64,000 nucleotides of DNA from Macrostomum lignano (Eukaryota): assembly GCA_002269645.1 (NCBI GenBank), contig NIVC01001438.1:1-64000 (forward strand). The letters run 5' to 3'. The position numbers were made by a program, and so were the translations under genes. Shown piece by piece: positions 37,678 to 51,944 of this stretch. The notes beneath the pieces were generated by a model, which saw only the letters and a list, made by a program, of their open reading frames with translations, searched no databases and was not told where the DNA came from. Each line of letters begins with the position of its first letter. The stretch's first letter is position 1.

Positions 37678-39489
37678 CTGCGATGTAGGCAGGTATGCAA
37701 TATATAATATATATAATAAACATTGAAGGCAGTTTGACAGCTTTCTATTCATGAAAGGGTGTGAAAACATGTATTACACCTATTTATTGCGACCCATTGT
37801 GATGAACAGGGATTTATATTTGCTTTTCACTCCTAACCAACAATCTGTCTTAGCAACAACAGATTTTGGGTGCTATACGAAGTGCGAAGTGTGGCAACGA
37901 ACATTCGATATGGAGGAAACATCAATACATCATTATGCTTACAGTACATGCGCGAAGCGGGAATGCCCTTATGGGGCTGTTGCTACGACAATGATGCAGA
38001 GAGAAGTGTCAGCAGATTTAAGCTTGGTTTGATGAATAGCCATTGTCTAACATTCGTTTAGACTTACAGCAGCTTGCGCCCCATCAAATCATATCCTGAG
38101 TCAGCTCAGCACAGGAAATTACGCAAAATTGTAGGGATTCGCATCAATGATACTCATCGGATGAGCTGTAGTCTATTCTGATGAAGCTAAAAGTTAACCA
38201 GCTAATTGGTTTGACCTTCACCTACGATCTCAGCGTTCTGAAGGGTTCTGACGCTGACAGAACATGACGTGCTGGGGCTGGCACGCACTGGCGCCTCTAA
38301 AGCACAGACAGACAGGCTACTCAAACTGAAGAGGCGAACGGCTAAAAAAGAGCAGCGGGAAATGATGCAACCGGAGCGGGAATGTTGCCGATGCTATCCG
38401 ATCCTGTGTGCGTGTTGATGAACTCCCGACAGATTAGAAGAGTGACGATAGTCTCGAGTGACGAAAGTGTCAGAGTTAAGCGGAGCAGAAGTTGATGGGA
38501 TGGGAGAAATTGCGCAATTAATTAAGATTAAACTTCTTCAAACTCAAAAATACACAGTTTAACTAATAAGCCTTATAAAAACTGTTTGCTTTTACAGTCT
38601 TACAGAACATCAAGGATGACATTTTAAGGGTATCAGAGAATAGCAGTTAGCTTACCTTTTTATTGTAGAAGCACTCGAATCGAAGACTGAGGTGAGTTGA
38701 AAACGGTTCTGCCTTCGTGTGTGGGCAACCAAAAAGTTTATAGTTGACGGATGTGTGTGCGGCCCACTTCGAATCTCTGTGCGAGGCTCTTGATGGTTGT
38801 CTTCATGGGGGGGCCTCGAGTCTGGGTGTGGAGCGGTATTTTAATAAAGGGAGGGGGCTTCGGGCTTGGGCCCGGTGCCAGCCAATAGGAAGGCTTCCCC
38901 GGCTAGGCCAATAGGAATCGAGCAATGTTGGGGGGAATGAGAGGGTAGAATTCAATTTTATGCATGCTTCAAAACTGGGTGCCAGATTTGGCCTTGGAGA
39001 CAAGAGACGACAAACCTGGGAACCAAACAATGAAAATAGGGGAGTGTGGTGGGCCGCTTCAAATCGTTTTGAGTTCGGTTTGAGCCCAGCCGGAGATAAG
39101 GGAAAATTTGGCTCGATGCCATAAATTCTACTCAAACGGCACCATTTTTTTCGTTTTCAAAATTTGAGTTCCCCGTTGAGCTCGACGATAAGAATGCCAC
39201 TTGGCACACAGATCGTCACTGAAGGAGACTGTTATTGGGAAAATTATGACTGGGGAAAGCAGTTCTCTGTCTATCCGCAATAAAAACCTGAGTATAGCAG
39301 GCCCTGGTTTTGAGGTGTGGCGCCCTGGCAATAAAAAAAGCTAAATAAAGCGGTACCAAGATAAGATAAGACAAGGATTTTCCCATGATATTGTCCACGA
39401 GGCTGATCTCAGGAATTTTACTGAAGTTTAGGTGGAAGATTGCGCTGTGCAGGCAGGAATGGGAGTAAATTAAGATAGATGTAGAAGAG

Positions 39490-39952
39490 TTGGAGGCTGA
39501 GAGAGAGACAGATAGAGATAGAGGAGAGAGGTGGAAGAGAGTGAGAGGTAGACAGAGGCGGAGGAGAGAGAGACAGAGAGAGGTGGAGGAGAGAGACAGA
39601 CAGAGGTGGAGGAGAGAGAGACAGAGAGAGGTGGAGGAGAGAGAGATAGAGAGAGGTGGAGGAGAGAGAGATAGAGAGAGGTGGAGGAGAGAGACAGAGA
39701 GAGGTGGAGGAGAGAGAGATAGAGAGAGGTGGAGGAGAGAGAGATAGAGAGAGGTGGAGGAGAGAGAGATAGAGAGAGGTGGAGGAGAGAGAGACAGAGA
39801 GAGGTGGAGGAGAGAGAGACAGAGAGAGGTGGAGGAGAGAGACAGAGAGAGGTGGAGGAGAGAGAGACAGAGAGAGGTGGAGGAGAGAGACAGAGAGAGG
39901 TGGAGGAGAGAGAGACAGAGAGAGGTGGAGGAGAGAGAGACAGAGAGAGGTG

Positions 39953-39998
<46 letters not shown>

Positions 39999-40080
39999 GT
40001 GGAGGAGAGAGAGGTAGAAGAGAGCGGTGGAGAGTGAGAGATAGACAGAGAGAGGTAGAGGAGAGTGAGAGGGAGACAGC
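39490..40080. repeat. GA-rich compound repeat (GAGAGGTGGAGGAGAGAGACA)
   Basis: Read directly. Confidence 0.9.
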
Positions 40081-40629
40081 AATGTGATGGGAAGGTAAGG
40101 GAGACACGGACGATTGTAAAAAATAGATTAACGCTTCATTCACTGAATCTTAATTTAGTTTTGAAGCGCGAGAGAGCTAAGAGGGGTGGGTGGCAGAGGC
40201 CAGAGGCGAGGCTCCGTGTGGTGGTGAACCAGATTTACCCGCTCATCTTCAAACGTGCTTTACAGTGTTACACCCTGAATCTGAACTGCATCTATCGATT
40301 GTATTCTATATGCACCCTGCAATTAGATTAGGGATAGATTTCTAGCCGACTGACCGCACAGAAATAACTGGGTTTATATAATACTGTCTCTAGGAGGGTT
40401 GTCGCATAGATACTAAAAACTAAAACTAGAATTCCTCATGTTGGGATTATTTTTCGAAAAAAAATGTATCTATATACTTGTGAAAAGCGCAAATTAAGTT
40501 GTAATTCATGCCATAATATTAATTATCTTTGAGTTGAAGGCCTAAGGCCATCCACTGAAACCCCCCTCCATTCTGATCAATATTTTATAGTGATCAACTG
40601 TTATTTGTAACTGTGGCTCTTAGGCTTTT

Positions 40630-41986
40630 GTCTGAGAGTGCCAGTTTCTATCTGAGAGTGCCAGTTTCTATCTGAGAGTGCCAGTTTCTATCTGAGAGTG
40701 CCAGTTTCTATCTGAGAGTGCCAGTTTCTATCTGAGAGTGCCAGTTTCTGTCTGAGAGTGCCAGTTTCTATCTGAGAGTGCCAGTTTCTATCTGAGAGTG
40801 CCAGTTTCTATCTGAGAGTGCCAGTTTCTATCTGAGAGTGGCAGTTTCATCTGAGAGTGCCAGTTTCTATCTGAGAGTGCCAGTTTCTATCTGAGAGTGC
40901 CAGTTTCTATCTGAGAGTGCCAGTTTCTATCTGAGAGTGCCAGTTTCTATCTGAGAGTGCCAGTTTCTATCTGAGAGTGCCAGTTTCTATCTGAGAGTGC
41001 CAATTTCATCTGAGAGTGCCAGTTTCTATCTGAGAGTGCCAGTTTAAATCTGAGAGTGCCAGTTTCTATCTGAGAGTGCCAGTTTAAATCTGAGAGTGCC
41101 AGTTTCTATCTGAGAGTGCCAGTTTCTATCTGAGAGTGCCAGTTTCTACCTGAGAGTGCCAGTTTCATCTGAGAGTGCCAGTTTCTATCTGAGAGTGCCA
41201 GTTTCTATCTGAGAGTGCAAGTTTCATCTGAGAGTGCCAGTTTCTATCTGAGAGTGCCAGTTTCTATCTGAGAGTGCCAGTTTCTGTCTGAGAGTGCCAG
41301 TTTCTATCTGAGAGTGCCAGTTTCTATCTGAGAGTGCCAGTTTCTATCTGAGAGTGCCAGTTTCTATCTGAGAGTGCCAGTTTCTATCCGAGAGTGCCAG
41401 TTTCTACCTGAGAATGCCAGTTTCTATCTGAGAGTGCCAGTTTCTATCTGAGAGTGCCAGTTTCTATCTGAGAGTGCCAGTTTCTATCTGAGAGTGCCAG
41501 TTTCTATCTGAGAGTGCCAGTTTCTATCTGAGAGTGCCAGTTTCTATCTGAGAGTGCCAGTTTCTATCTGAGAGTGCCAGTTTCTATCTGAGAGTGCCAG
41601 TTTCTGTTTGAGAGTGCCAGTTTCTGTATGAGAGTGCCAGTTTCTATCTGAGAGTGCCAGTTTCTATCTGAGAGTGCCAGTTTCTGTCTGAGAGTGCCAG
41701 TTTCTGTCTGAGAATGCCAGTTTCTATCCGAGAGTGCCAGTTTCTATCTGAGAATGCCAGTTTCTATCTGAGAGTGCCAGTTTCTATCTGAGAGTGCCAG
41801 TTTCTGTCTGAGAGTGCCAGTTTCTATCTGAGAGTGCCAGTTTCTATCTGAGAGTGCCAGTTTCTATCTGAGAGTGCCAGTTTCTATCTGAGAGTGCCAG
41901 TTTCTATCTGAGAGTGCCAGTTTCTATCTGAGAGTGCCAGTTTCTATCTGAGAGTGCCAGTTTCATCTGAGAGTGCCAGTTTCTAG
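40630..41986. repeat. 20-bp minisatellite TCTGAGAGTGCCAGTTTCTA, ~67 copies
   Basis: 20-bp period. Confidence 0.96.
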
Positions 41987-42916
41987 AATACCCTCACGCG
42001 CAAAAAAAGTTAGCATAAACAATTCAAGCACAATGGCTGGCAGATAAAAAATGAGTCAGCACAGGCCACGAGCCTAAATACGAGCGCACAGGAACAGAGA
42101 AGGTCGAGTTGTCCTTAATTTCAGGCCGCCAAACAAAACAATCGACAGACATCTTGCATCTATATTGAACATATCGAATCACTTATAATGTTTACATTCA
42201 AAGCAAGCTTTTTCTTATTTTTGAAATAAAATTTGAAATTAGAAACATAATGACACACGTGGAGGGGGCTGCGTCTCCTCTAGAAGCATTGGGCCCTGTT
42301 CTGCAGGGGGGGGGGGCTCCGCCATGTCTTGACCAGCTTGACCAGTGAAGCGATGAGGCTCCCAACTGCCAACTTGTCCTGATTCATTCTTGAGATAATT
42401 AAAAGACTCTCATTAATATTGCCCAGCCGCGTAAGTTAAAGTTTCAAAAAATTCAACTTCATCTGCACACACCTGGTGCTCAACAAATCCAGATTTCAGG
42501 GTCTTGTTGCTTTCACCGACTTTGAGGTCAACAACTGCGGCCGATGACGTCATCGTCGTGGAATATCAAGCTATATGCACACCTAGGACCTGTAAACACC
42601 TGCAGGTGTGTGTGCATGAATTGGTCTTACTTATACCATGTCCATAATGTTTAACCGACTTTAGACACTGCCTTACATGCATTGCTAGTTAAAAGTAAAT
42701 AATTTGGTTAGTCTCCTGTAGTTAGACTTGAAAGCAAATAGGACAAGCTTAAGACTAGGACCGACTCAACAGGTTGTTAAAGAAAAGTGGAGTTGGGGCT
42801 TTAAACTGAGCCTGTATTTTTTGTGTCATTTTTCTCACTGGATCCTCTGTTTGTATAACAGAATTAGGAGGCAAACACCTTGATATGGTTACCAAAGCTT
42901 ACGTTTTTTATTCTGA

Positions 42917-43798
42917 GTGAGTGAGTTCATGATTGCATGAGTGAGTTCATGATTGAATGAGTGAGTTCATGATTGAATGAGTGAGTTCATGATTGAATGA
43001 GTGAGTTCATGATTGAATGAGTGAGTTCATGATTGAATGAGTGAGTTCATGATTGAGAATGAGTGAGTTCATGATTGAGAATGAGTGAGTTCATGATTGA
43101 GAATGGGCGAGTTCATGATTAAATGAGTGATTTCATGATTGAGAATGAGTGAGTTCATGATTGCATGAGTGAGTTCATGATTGAATGAGTGAGTTCATGA
43201 TTGAAAATGAGTGAGTTCATGATTGAATGAGTGAGTTCATGATTGCATGAGTTAGTTCATGATTGAATGAGTGAGTTCATGATTGAACGAGTGAGTTCAT
43301 GATTGAATGAGTGAGTTCATGATTGAGAATGAGTGAGTTCATGATTGAGAATGAGTGAGTTCATGATTGAGAATGGGCGAGTTCATGATTGAGAATGAGT
43401 GAGTTCATGATTAAATGAGTGAGTTCATGATTGAGAATGAGTGAGTTCATGATTGAAAATGAGTTAGTTCATGATTGAGAATGAGTGAGTTCATGATTGA
43501 GAATGAGTTGAGTCCATGATTGAATGAGTGAGTTGATGATTGAATGAGTGAGTTGATGATGAAATGAGTGAGTTAATGATTAAATGAGTGAGTTCATGAT
43601 GAAATGAGTGAGTTAATGATTAAATGAGTGAGTTGATGATTAAATGAGTGAGTTCATGATTGAGAATGAGTGAGTTCATGATTAAATGAGTGAGTTCACG
43701 ATTGAATGAGTGAGTTGATGATTGAATGAGTGAGTTCATGATTGAATGAGTGAGTTCATGATTGAAAATGAGTGAGTCCATGATTGAAAATGAGTGAG
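42917..43798. repeat. 20/22-bp minisatellite GAGTGAGTTCATGATTGA(GA)AT
   Basis: Read directly. Confidence 0.94.
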
Positions 43799-45387
43799 AT
43801 CTCGCTTAAGAGTGAGGGAGAGAGGGAGTGTGAGCAATCAGGGTGGAACAAGAAGACAAGCTAAGATACTCAAACGATCTGACAGATAACCATAGGAGAC
43901 ACACACAGTTGCGATAATAGCTTATAGAAAGTGAGTCAAACAAGTCAGTCATTAAAAAGTGCGAATGGATTGACATGAGAGAACTCGTGTCTAAAGTTAA
44001 TATTTGAGTTCGAGATTTCGAATTGAACCCGTGGACAATAATAATATAACATTGTCGCACATTTTCAGATTTCAGCAGTATGTTTCAACAACACACGAGA
44101 GCTCCTCTCATTGACAGACAACTGTGTTGCGCAATCATTGCAGAATGGTTAGGTCAGCCTATGACCTGCCAGTGTGCCATCTTAACTGCGAACTGCTTCT
44201 AATTGCCTGAAGGGTCATAAACATTTCGCAGAGATTTGTTGCGGGTTATTTATTAGATCTCGAAGTTGTTCAATCAGCTCAATAAATTGAGTGATGGAGC
44301 AGCCCCCCAGGGATGCTGCGCTAGACAAAACAGCTGAGGCCGTTCTCCTCATCCTTGATCTCCATCACCGTCCCACTGGGTTCTCTCTCTCATCCCTGCC
44401 TCCCTCCTGTGATCTCCTTCTCTGCCGATAATCCTCTGATCTCCTTCCCTTCTCTGCCGATAATCCTCTGATCTCCCTCCCTTCTCTGCTGCTATGATCT
44501 CCCTTCTCCATCTTGATAATCCTTTGATATCTCGTGATATATCACGTGGCACTGACCACGTGACCGGCCAACCCAAATTTGGTAAGGTCAGAAGTGTTTC
44601 TAAAAACAGTCCATCTATGCAGTGGCAATAAAGTAATAAATTTATTCTCCTCCGTGATAATAAAATAACTGACATGGAGCCGACCCAGCTCGAACAAATT
44701 CAATAAGTTGATCGATCTTTGGGACTTGGGTATAGCTCTAGGCCTCCTAGCTACCGAGACTGTCGGGGGTTTCAAAAATCCATCCGTTCAGTTGCTATGG
44801 CGAAGCTATTAGTCACACTTATGGCCAAAGTTAATTACAACCGGACATTGCCACGGGAGACGAACAGGCAGAGGCAGATCGCCTTCGCGTTACAAAAAGT
44901 TGAACGCTAAAAACAACCTGATCCCAACACCCGGGTTTATGGCTAGCAATTTTCTCAGCGAGTCCCCGCTGCAATACCGGATGGATTCGAGGAAGAGAAA
45001 TTGACATTCTCAAATACGCTTGTAATTTGTGAGGCTGTGGCCAAGGCTCCAAGGATGCCGAACCGAACCCGCCTATTCAACCCCCTGCCTTCCTAATGAC
45101 ATGGAGAACTTTTTTCGGGTTCGAGTCCGAGGGTTTAAAAATATATATCCATGCGGGCTGCCTCCCTCCCACGCAGCCGGGGCCTCGGATACCAGGGGGG
45201 GGGGGGGGGTGGAGCCGAGCCAAGGTGTGAACTGAACTGAGGGAACATTCCAGTTGGCGGAGAACGTTTTTGATATCGAGAGTTCGTTCAATGTGGATCA
45301 ATGAATCAATATGGGATGGGGCAAGGACCTCTGCAAACTTGGAGGTGACACTCCCTCAAGATTGCAAAGAATTTAAGTAACTGAGAA

Positions 45388-45953
<566 letters not shown>

Positions 45954-46794
45954 TGAATTCACTTAAAGGAGCTATTTTTAAAACAAAATAAGCAGTAAAA
46001 AGGAAATCCAGCCACGCTTAAAAATAAGCCGTCTGCATCAAAACGAGACCAAAATTTGTCAAAATCGGTTCTTTCTGTTCCAAAAATATCGAGAGTTTCG
46101 TGCAGACAGTGAGGTTTTTGGAAGGAGTCCCTGTCATGACTGCAGTGGTCCTTGGCTGAGGGGTGAGTCGTCGTCGTGTCCGATCTGTAGCCGTGGGAAA
46201 ATATTGCCGAGCCTGAGCAGAGTACAATGGCAGATTTATGCCCCCCGCTGAGCATTGGGCAATTAAACTTTACTCTCCGCAGTTTTGGAAAGCTGCTGCG
46301 GCACGGGCAGTATTTGCACGGGAATATTTTCCCAATGGGATAAATTCCCAAGAAGACATGGTATATACTATTTAAAAACTTTGAGTACAAGGGAATTAAA
46401 CAGCGATTCAAAGGTGTTGTAAAAGCATTCATTCGCGTGCCCCTGACTCAGTTCAGAAAGCCAGTGTAGATCGAGAGAGCGCCCTTGCTAAGTCCCGTAT
46501 TCTCACATTTTTGCATTGGAGGCCCAGGGAATTAGGGGGGGGGGGCTTAGCGCCAAGCCGAGCCACGAGGAATGCACGCTGCTGTTGCTTTGAGTCTTCA
46601 ACTTTAAGTCGCGCGACTGAAAAGCGCAGCCTGAGTGGATAACAAAAGGATTTAGATATTGAAAAATGGGATTACTTGTCCGGATGCGAAATCCGCCTCA
46701 GTCTTGCTGGTCACAGGCCGGAGCCACAGCACCCAGAGCAATGGCATTGTGAGTGACACATACTTTGTTACAATAAGACTCGCCGCCCGAGCAT

Positions 46795-47655
46795 ACATTT
46801 TAGCGCCAATTTAGCGCCGGCAGACTAGATGTTAGCGCCAATTTGGCTCCGTCAGGCAGAGATTTTAGTGCTAATTTATCTGATAGCGCCTGCAAAAAAA
46901 GATTTTAGCGCCGGCAGACAAGATGCTAGCGCCAATTTAGCGCCGGTGGACAATATTGTAGCGCTAATTTAGCGCCGTCAGACAAGATTGTAGCGCTAAT
47001 TTAGCGCCGTCAGACAATATTGTAGCGCTAATTTAGCGCCGTCAGACAAGATTGTAGCGCTAATTTAGCACCGTCAGACAATATTGTAGCGCTAATTTAG
47101 CACCGGCAGACAAGATTGTAGCGCTAATTTAGCGCCGTCAGACAAGATTGTAGCGCTAATTTAGCGCCGTCAGACAATATTGTAGCGCTAATTTAGCGCC
47201 GGCAGACAAGTTTGTAGTTTTCAAAGTGATTTTCCCGTTTCCCTTTCTGTACGGACTATTGTGCATGTAAAATTAAGATTCCAAACTTTAATGATTGTCC
47301 TTGGCTACTCTTCCGAATCATACTTTAAAAATTGACCAAAAAATCTGTTTTGGATTTTTAGCATTTTTATCAACTCGATCTCATTTAAAAGCGGAATCAA
47401 ATCTTCTGCTTTAATATATAGAAGTTTCGAAGTTTCGAGAACATTTTAAAACTTTACACATCAACCAGCGAATAGTTTTGGAGCAGGAGGGGTAGAGGGG
47501 TCAACCGCGCTAAATTGGCGCTAAAATCTGGCCTACCGGCGCTAAATTGGCGCTAAAATCTGGCCTACCGGCGCTAAATTGGCGCTAAAATCTGGCCTAC
47601 CGGCGCTAAATTGGCGCTAAATTCTGGCCTACCGGCGCTAAATTGGCGCTATAAA
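46795..47655. repeat. Pair of inverted repeat arrays (TAGCGCCAATTTAGCGCCGG core) around an AT-rich spacer; foldback-like element
   Basis: The left array (~46795-47215) reads TTTAGCGCC...; the right array (~47507-47652) reads CCGGCGCTAAATTGGCGCTA, the reverse complement. Confidence 0.7.
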
Positions 47656-48289
47656 TCTATCTCACAAGCCATTGCCAAAGCTGGCTCAGCAGTCCATCCA
47701 GCTTGAAAAAGACGAGATTTTCATTCACAGTGTCCAATGGCCCCTGAGCCACGCTCCAACACGATTCAACATGTGGCCATGTGACAATAACACACATTAT
47801 TAGCGAGGGCCCCGGCAAGAACGGGTTTGGCTGGGGTTGCGGCTTGAAAAAGGAAAGATCCTTCCGAAAAGACAGATAGCGATCTGCGAAATAAAATCTT
47901 TCCACCCTTGGATGACGCGAAACTTATTCAAACTTTTCGCAACAATACAATAAAATGCTTGCTTGTGCGCGATTTCATATTTTTGTGGGAACTTTTTCTA
48001 CTTGGGGATAAAAAGTGTTTTCAAGCTTTCGGAAAGCTCTGCATGGACTGCGCGTGTTTACCGCGACTGGCGGGGTAAAATGCAGTGCATCAAAACAAAT
48101 CCTATAGCCTAAGAACTGAAGTTTATAATGTTTAAGGACATTGAGCAAAGGACAGTGTGGGAGGCAAAATAAAATGCGAAAAACAACCGTCTGGTTTTGT
48201 CTTGGGTTTGTTGCTAACCTCCCCAGCTGCCCCCTAAGCCTCCGTATGGCTTGTCTCGCCCCTCTCACCACACCCCTCCGATCTCCCTC

Positions 48290-48925
48290 TAATGCTCTAC
48301 ACTCTCCCATTTACTTCTCCCATCTCACTCTCCTCTCTTCCTCCTCTCTCCCTCTCCTCTCTCCCATCTCCTCTCTCCAATTTCTTCTCTCCCATCTCCT
48401 CTCTCCCATCTCCTCTCTCCCTCTCCTCTCTCCTCTCTCTTCTCTCCCTCTCCTCTCCCTTTCATCTCTCTCCCTCTCCTATCTCTCCTCTCTCCAATCT
48501 CCAATCTCCCTCTCCTCTCTGCCTCTCCTCTCTCCAATCTCCCTCTCCTTTCTCCAATCTCCCTCTCCTCTCTCCCATCTCCTCTCTCCCTCTCCTCTCT
48601 CCTCTCTCTTCTCTCCCTCTCCTCTCCCTTTCATCTCTCTCTCTCTCCTATCTCTCCTCTCTCCAATCTCCAATCTCCCTCTCCTCTCTGCCTCTCCTCT
48701 CTCCAATCTCCCTCTCCTTTCTCCAATCTCCCTCTCCTCTCTCCAATCTCCCTCTCTTCTCTCCAATCTCCCTCTCCTCTCTCCAATCTCCCTCTCTTCT
48801 CTCCAATCTCCCTCTCTTCTCTCCAATCTCCCTCTCTTCTCTCCAATCTCCCTCTCCTCTCTCCAATATCACCCTCTCCAACCTCCCTCTCTTCTCTCTG
48901 TCTCCTCTCTTCCTCTTGCTTACTT
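48290..48925. repeat. CT-rich compound repeat (CTCTCCAATCTCCCTCTC)
   Basis: Read directly. Confidence 0.9.
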
Positions 48926-49589
48926 CTCTGTTTCTCTCAGCCGCAGCCGGTCAATATTTTTTAACCCATGCGAAAATGACCTCTCTGACTGAGCAGCTTC
49001 ACTAGCACTGTTTGGGTCAGGGATTAATTCCCTTAAAAATCTTGCCTTAGAAGAGTGCACAGACTTGCCCCGGCATTTCGAAAAGTTGCGAATGACAACA
49101 AATAGCGAGTCGGGGGTAAACGGCCCCGGCAGCCAGCCACCGACCACCCCAGCCCCCAGCGGCGTGAGTAAGCACATCTTAGGGATCGCCCCCTTCCTTG
49201 ATAACGCAGATATCTTGGCGGCGGAAGAATCTTCCCACGGTTTTTAAAATAATTTTAGAAAAAAACTTCTATCAAGGCTGCAGAGCAAATAATGCAATGC
49301 AAGCATGGGGAATGGCAGCGCCACGAGTTTATAGCACTAATAATAATATTACACTGGACCAGCGAAATTCGTGGGAAAAACCGCTGGGCCTGCACGGCCG
49401 CACACGCGAATTGGAGCAAGCTGTCAGTGCAAAGAAGGCGTGCGGCAAATCAAAAAATTCGCAAAATGACGCAGTTAAGAATATCGGCGCGCGCCAGTAA
49501 ACTGACGAACTCCACAGAAAATGGCGCGCGCCGAACACTACTTTGAAAGGGCGCGCTCTATATTTTGTATTTAAAATGGCGCCAATCAC

Positions 49590-50135
49590 AATCAGACATT
49601 CATAAAATTGTGCTAATCACAACAAGGGATACAACATGCCAACAATCACAACAAGTGACACAAAATACCAACAATCACAATAAGTGACACAAAATGCTAA
49701 CAATCACAACAAGTGACACAACATGCCAACAATCACAAAAAGTGACACAACATGCCAACAATCACAAGTGACAAAAAATACCAAAAATGACAGGTGACCC
49801 AAAATACGAGTACCAACAATCACAACAAGAGACACAAAATGCCAGCAATCACAACAAGTGACACAAAATGCCAACAATCACAAAAAGTGACACAACATGC
49901 CAAAAATCACAACAAGTGACAAAAAATACCAAAAATGACAGGTGACCCAAAATACGAGTACCAACAATCACAACAAGAGACACAAAATGCCAGCAATCAC
50001 AACAAGTGACACAAAATACCAACAATCACAACAAGAGACACAAAATGCCAGCAATCACAACAAGTGACACAAAATGCCAACAATCACGACAAGTGACACA
50101 AAATGCCAACAATCACAACAAGTGACACAAACTGG
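49590..50135. repeat. ~29-bp repeat CCAACAATCACAACAAGTGACACAAAATG with a higher-order duplication
   Basis: The block containing GACAGGTGACCCAAAATACGAGTACC occurs twice (~49790 and ~49937). Confidence 0.85.
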
Positions 50136-50811
50136 CGCATCACAAGCAAGTGTGGGACAGTGTTACTGTGTTATCCGCTGCTGTCAGAGACACATTAAAG
50201 AAGCTATGCTCATTATTTTTAAAATGTTTTAACGAATAGCAGCAAGTTAGGAACCTCTTCCACTTGATGGCGATTGAAGTGGCAATTAAAAATATAGTAA
50301 AAAAGCAGACATAGCGACCAAGATGAGGGAGGCGAATAGCTCTCAATCAAAATCATGGGTCATTCTCAAGATTTTAAGGTTACTTTTTTTCTAACGCCTA
50401 CAAGAGTGGCCTCAGGGCTGGTGTCTGTCGCAAAACACACACAGATGTCCCTACAAAACAATTAGTTGGCAACAGTGAGGCGCAAGCTAGAGGGACACTT
50501 TCCTTTTTTATAGGAATAAAACTTTCTTCTGGCAGAAGGGAGGTTGCGGTGGCATGGAAGGAATAAATTGTAGATTAACAAATCTTTTCGATTGTTTCAA
50601 TCGATTCTTTTTAAATTTCTTGTATTTTTTTTATCTGATTTTTTTATTTTTCAATCTACCAAAGCAAAATTACATGGAGTGACAGTCAATTTTTTCCATC
50701 TTGTCAAGAGAGAGATCTGTAAGGGTGAGAGTCTACTAAATTGGATTCCATGGGCTGAGTGTGTTTCAATATGTGAGATTTCTATTTGAAAGGACGAGAT
50801 TTTACTCTACA

Positions 50812-51590
50812 GACGAGATTCGGGAGGGTGAGACTCTACAGGGAGAGATTCGATAGAATGAGACTCTACAGGGTGAGATTCGATAGGATGAGACTCTACA
50901 GGGTGAGATTCGATAGAATGAGACTCTACAGGTGAGATTCCATAGAATGAGACTCTACAAGGTGAGATTAGATGGGACGAGATTCTACAGGGTGAGATTC
51001 GATGGGATGAGACTCTGCAGGGTGAGATTCCATAGGATGAGACTCTACAGGGTGAGATTCGATAGGATGAGACTCTACAGGGTGAGATTCGATAGAATGA
51101 GACTCTACAGGGTGAGATTCCATAGAATGAGACTCTACAAGGTGAGATTAGATGGGACGAGATTCTGCAGGGTGAGATTCCATAGAATGAGACTCTACAA
51201 GGTGAGATTAGATGGGACGAGATTCTACAGGGTGAGTTTCGATGGGATGAGACTCTACAGGGTGAGATTCGATGGGACGAGTTCTGCAGGGTGAGATTCG
51301 ATAGGATGAGACTCTGCAGGGTGAGATTCGATGGGACGAGATTCTGCAGGGTGAGATTCGATAGGATGAGACTCTGCAGGGTGAGATTCGATAGGATGAG
51401 ACTCTGCAAGGTGAGATTCGATGGGACGAGATTCTGCAGGGTTAGATTAGATAGGATGAGACTCTGCAGGGTGAGATTCGATAGGATGAGACGGATGAGA
51501 CTGATGAGGGTGAGATCCTGTTATACAGTGAGATTTTACCGTACAGGGTGAGATTATTTTCCAGGCGAGATTCTGCAGGGTGGAGATGCA
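50812..51590. repeat. 30-bp minisatellite GAGACTCTACAGGGTGAGATTCGATAGGAT
   Basis: 30-bp period, which gives a 10-aa periodicity in the ORF track. Confidence 0.92.
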
Positions 51591-51944
51591 GTAAGCATTT
51601 GCAGCTGTGAAATTATGGAGTGCTAAGAATAAAACGAGCATAACAAACTACTGATTAAATTTTATTAGTAGAAATTAAAGTGTTATTTGAAACAAAGAGC
51701 TGAGTTTGAATATCTGGTGTATCAACTGTTGAACGCCTGTATGAGAAAGTTGAGAAAGATCTTGATTTAACCTTAAAAGTATTTGGTTGATCAGGAAAAT
51801 TTGTTTGAAAGTCCGAACTACTGTCAGTAGAATCCACAGAAAATGTTGGTAAAAATTAAAACTGCTCATAAAAATCATTTGTTATATTATTATAGGTGAC
51901 GTTTGAAAAATCAGAGTCTTCAGGCTATGTGGTGAGAGTTCAGT

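Noticed and set aside
45959-46432. 157-aa ORF with FPCKYC
   Set aside because: No complete zinc finger and no splice support. The DNA (CAAAATTTGTCAAAATCGG) looks like non-coding transposon-derived sequence.
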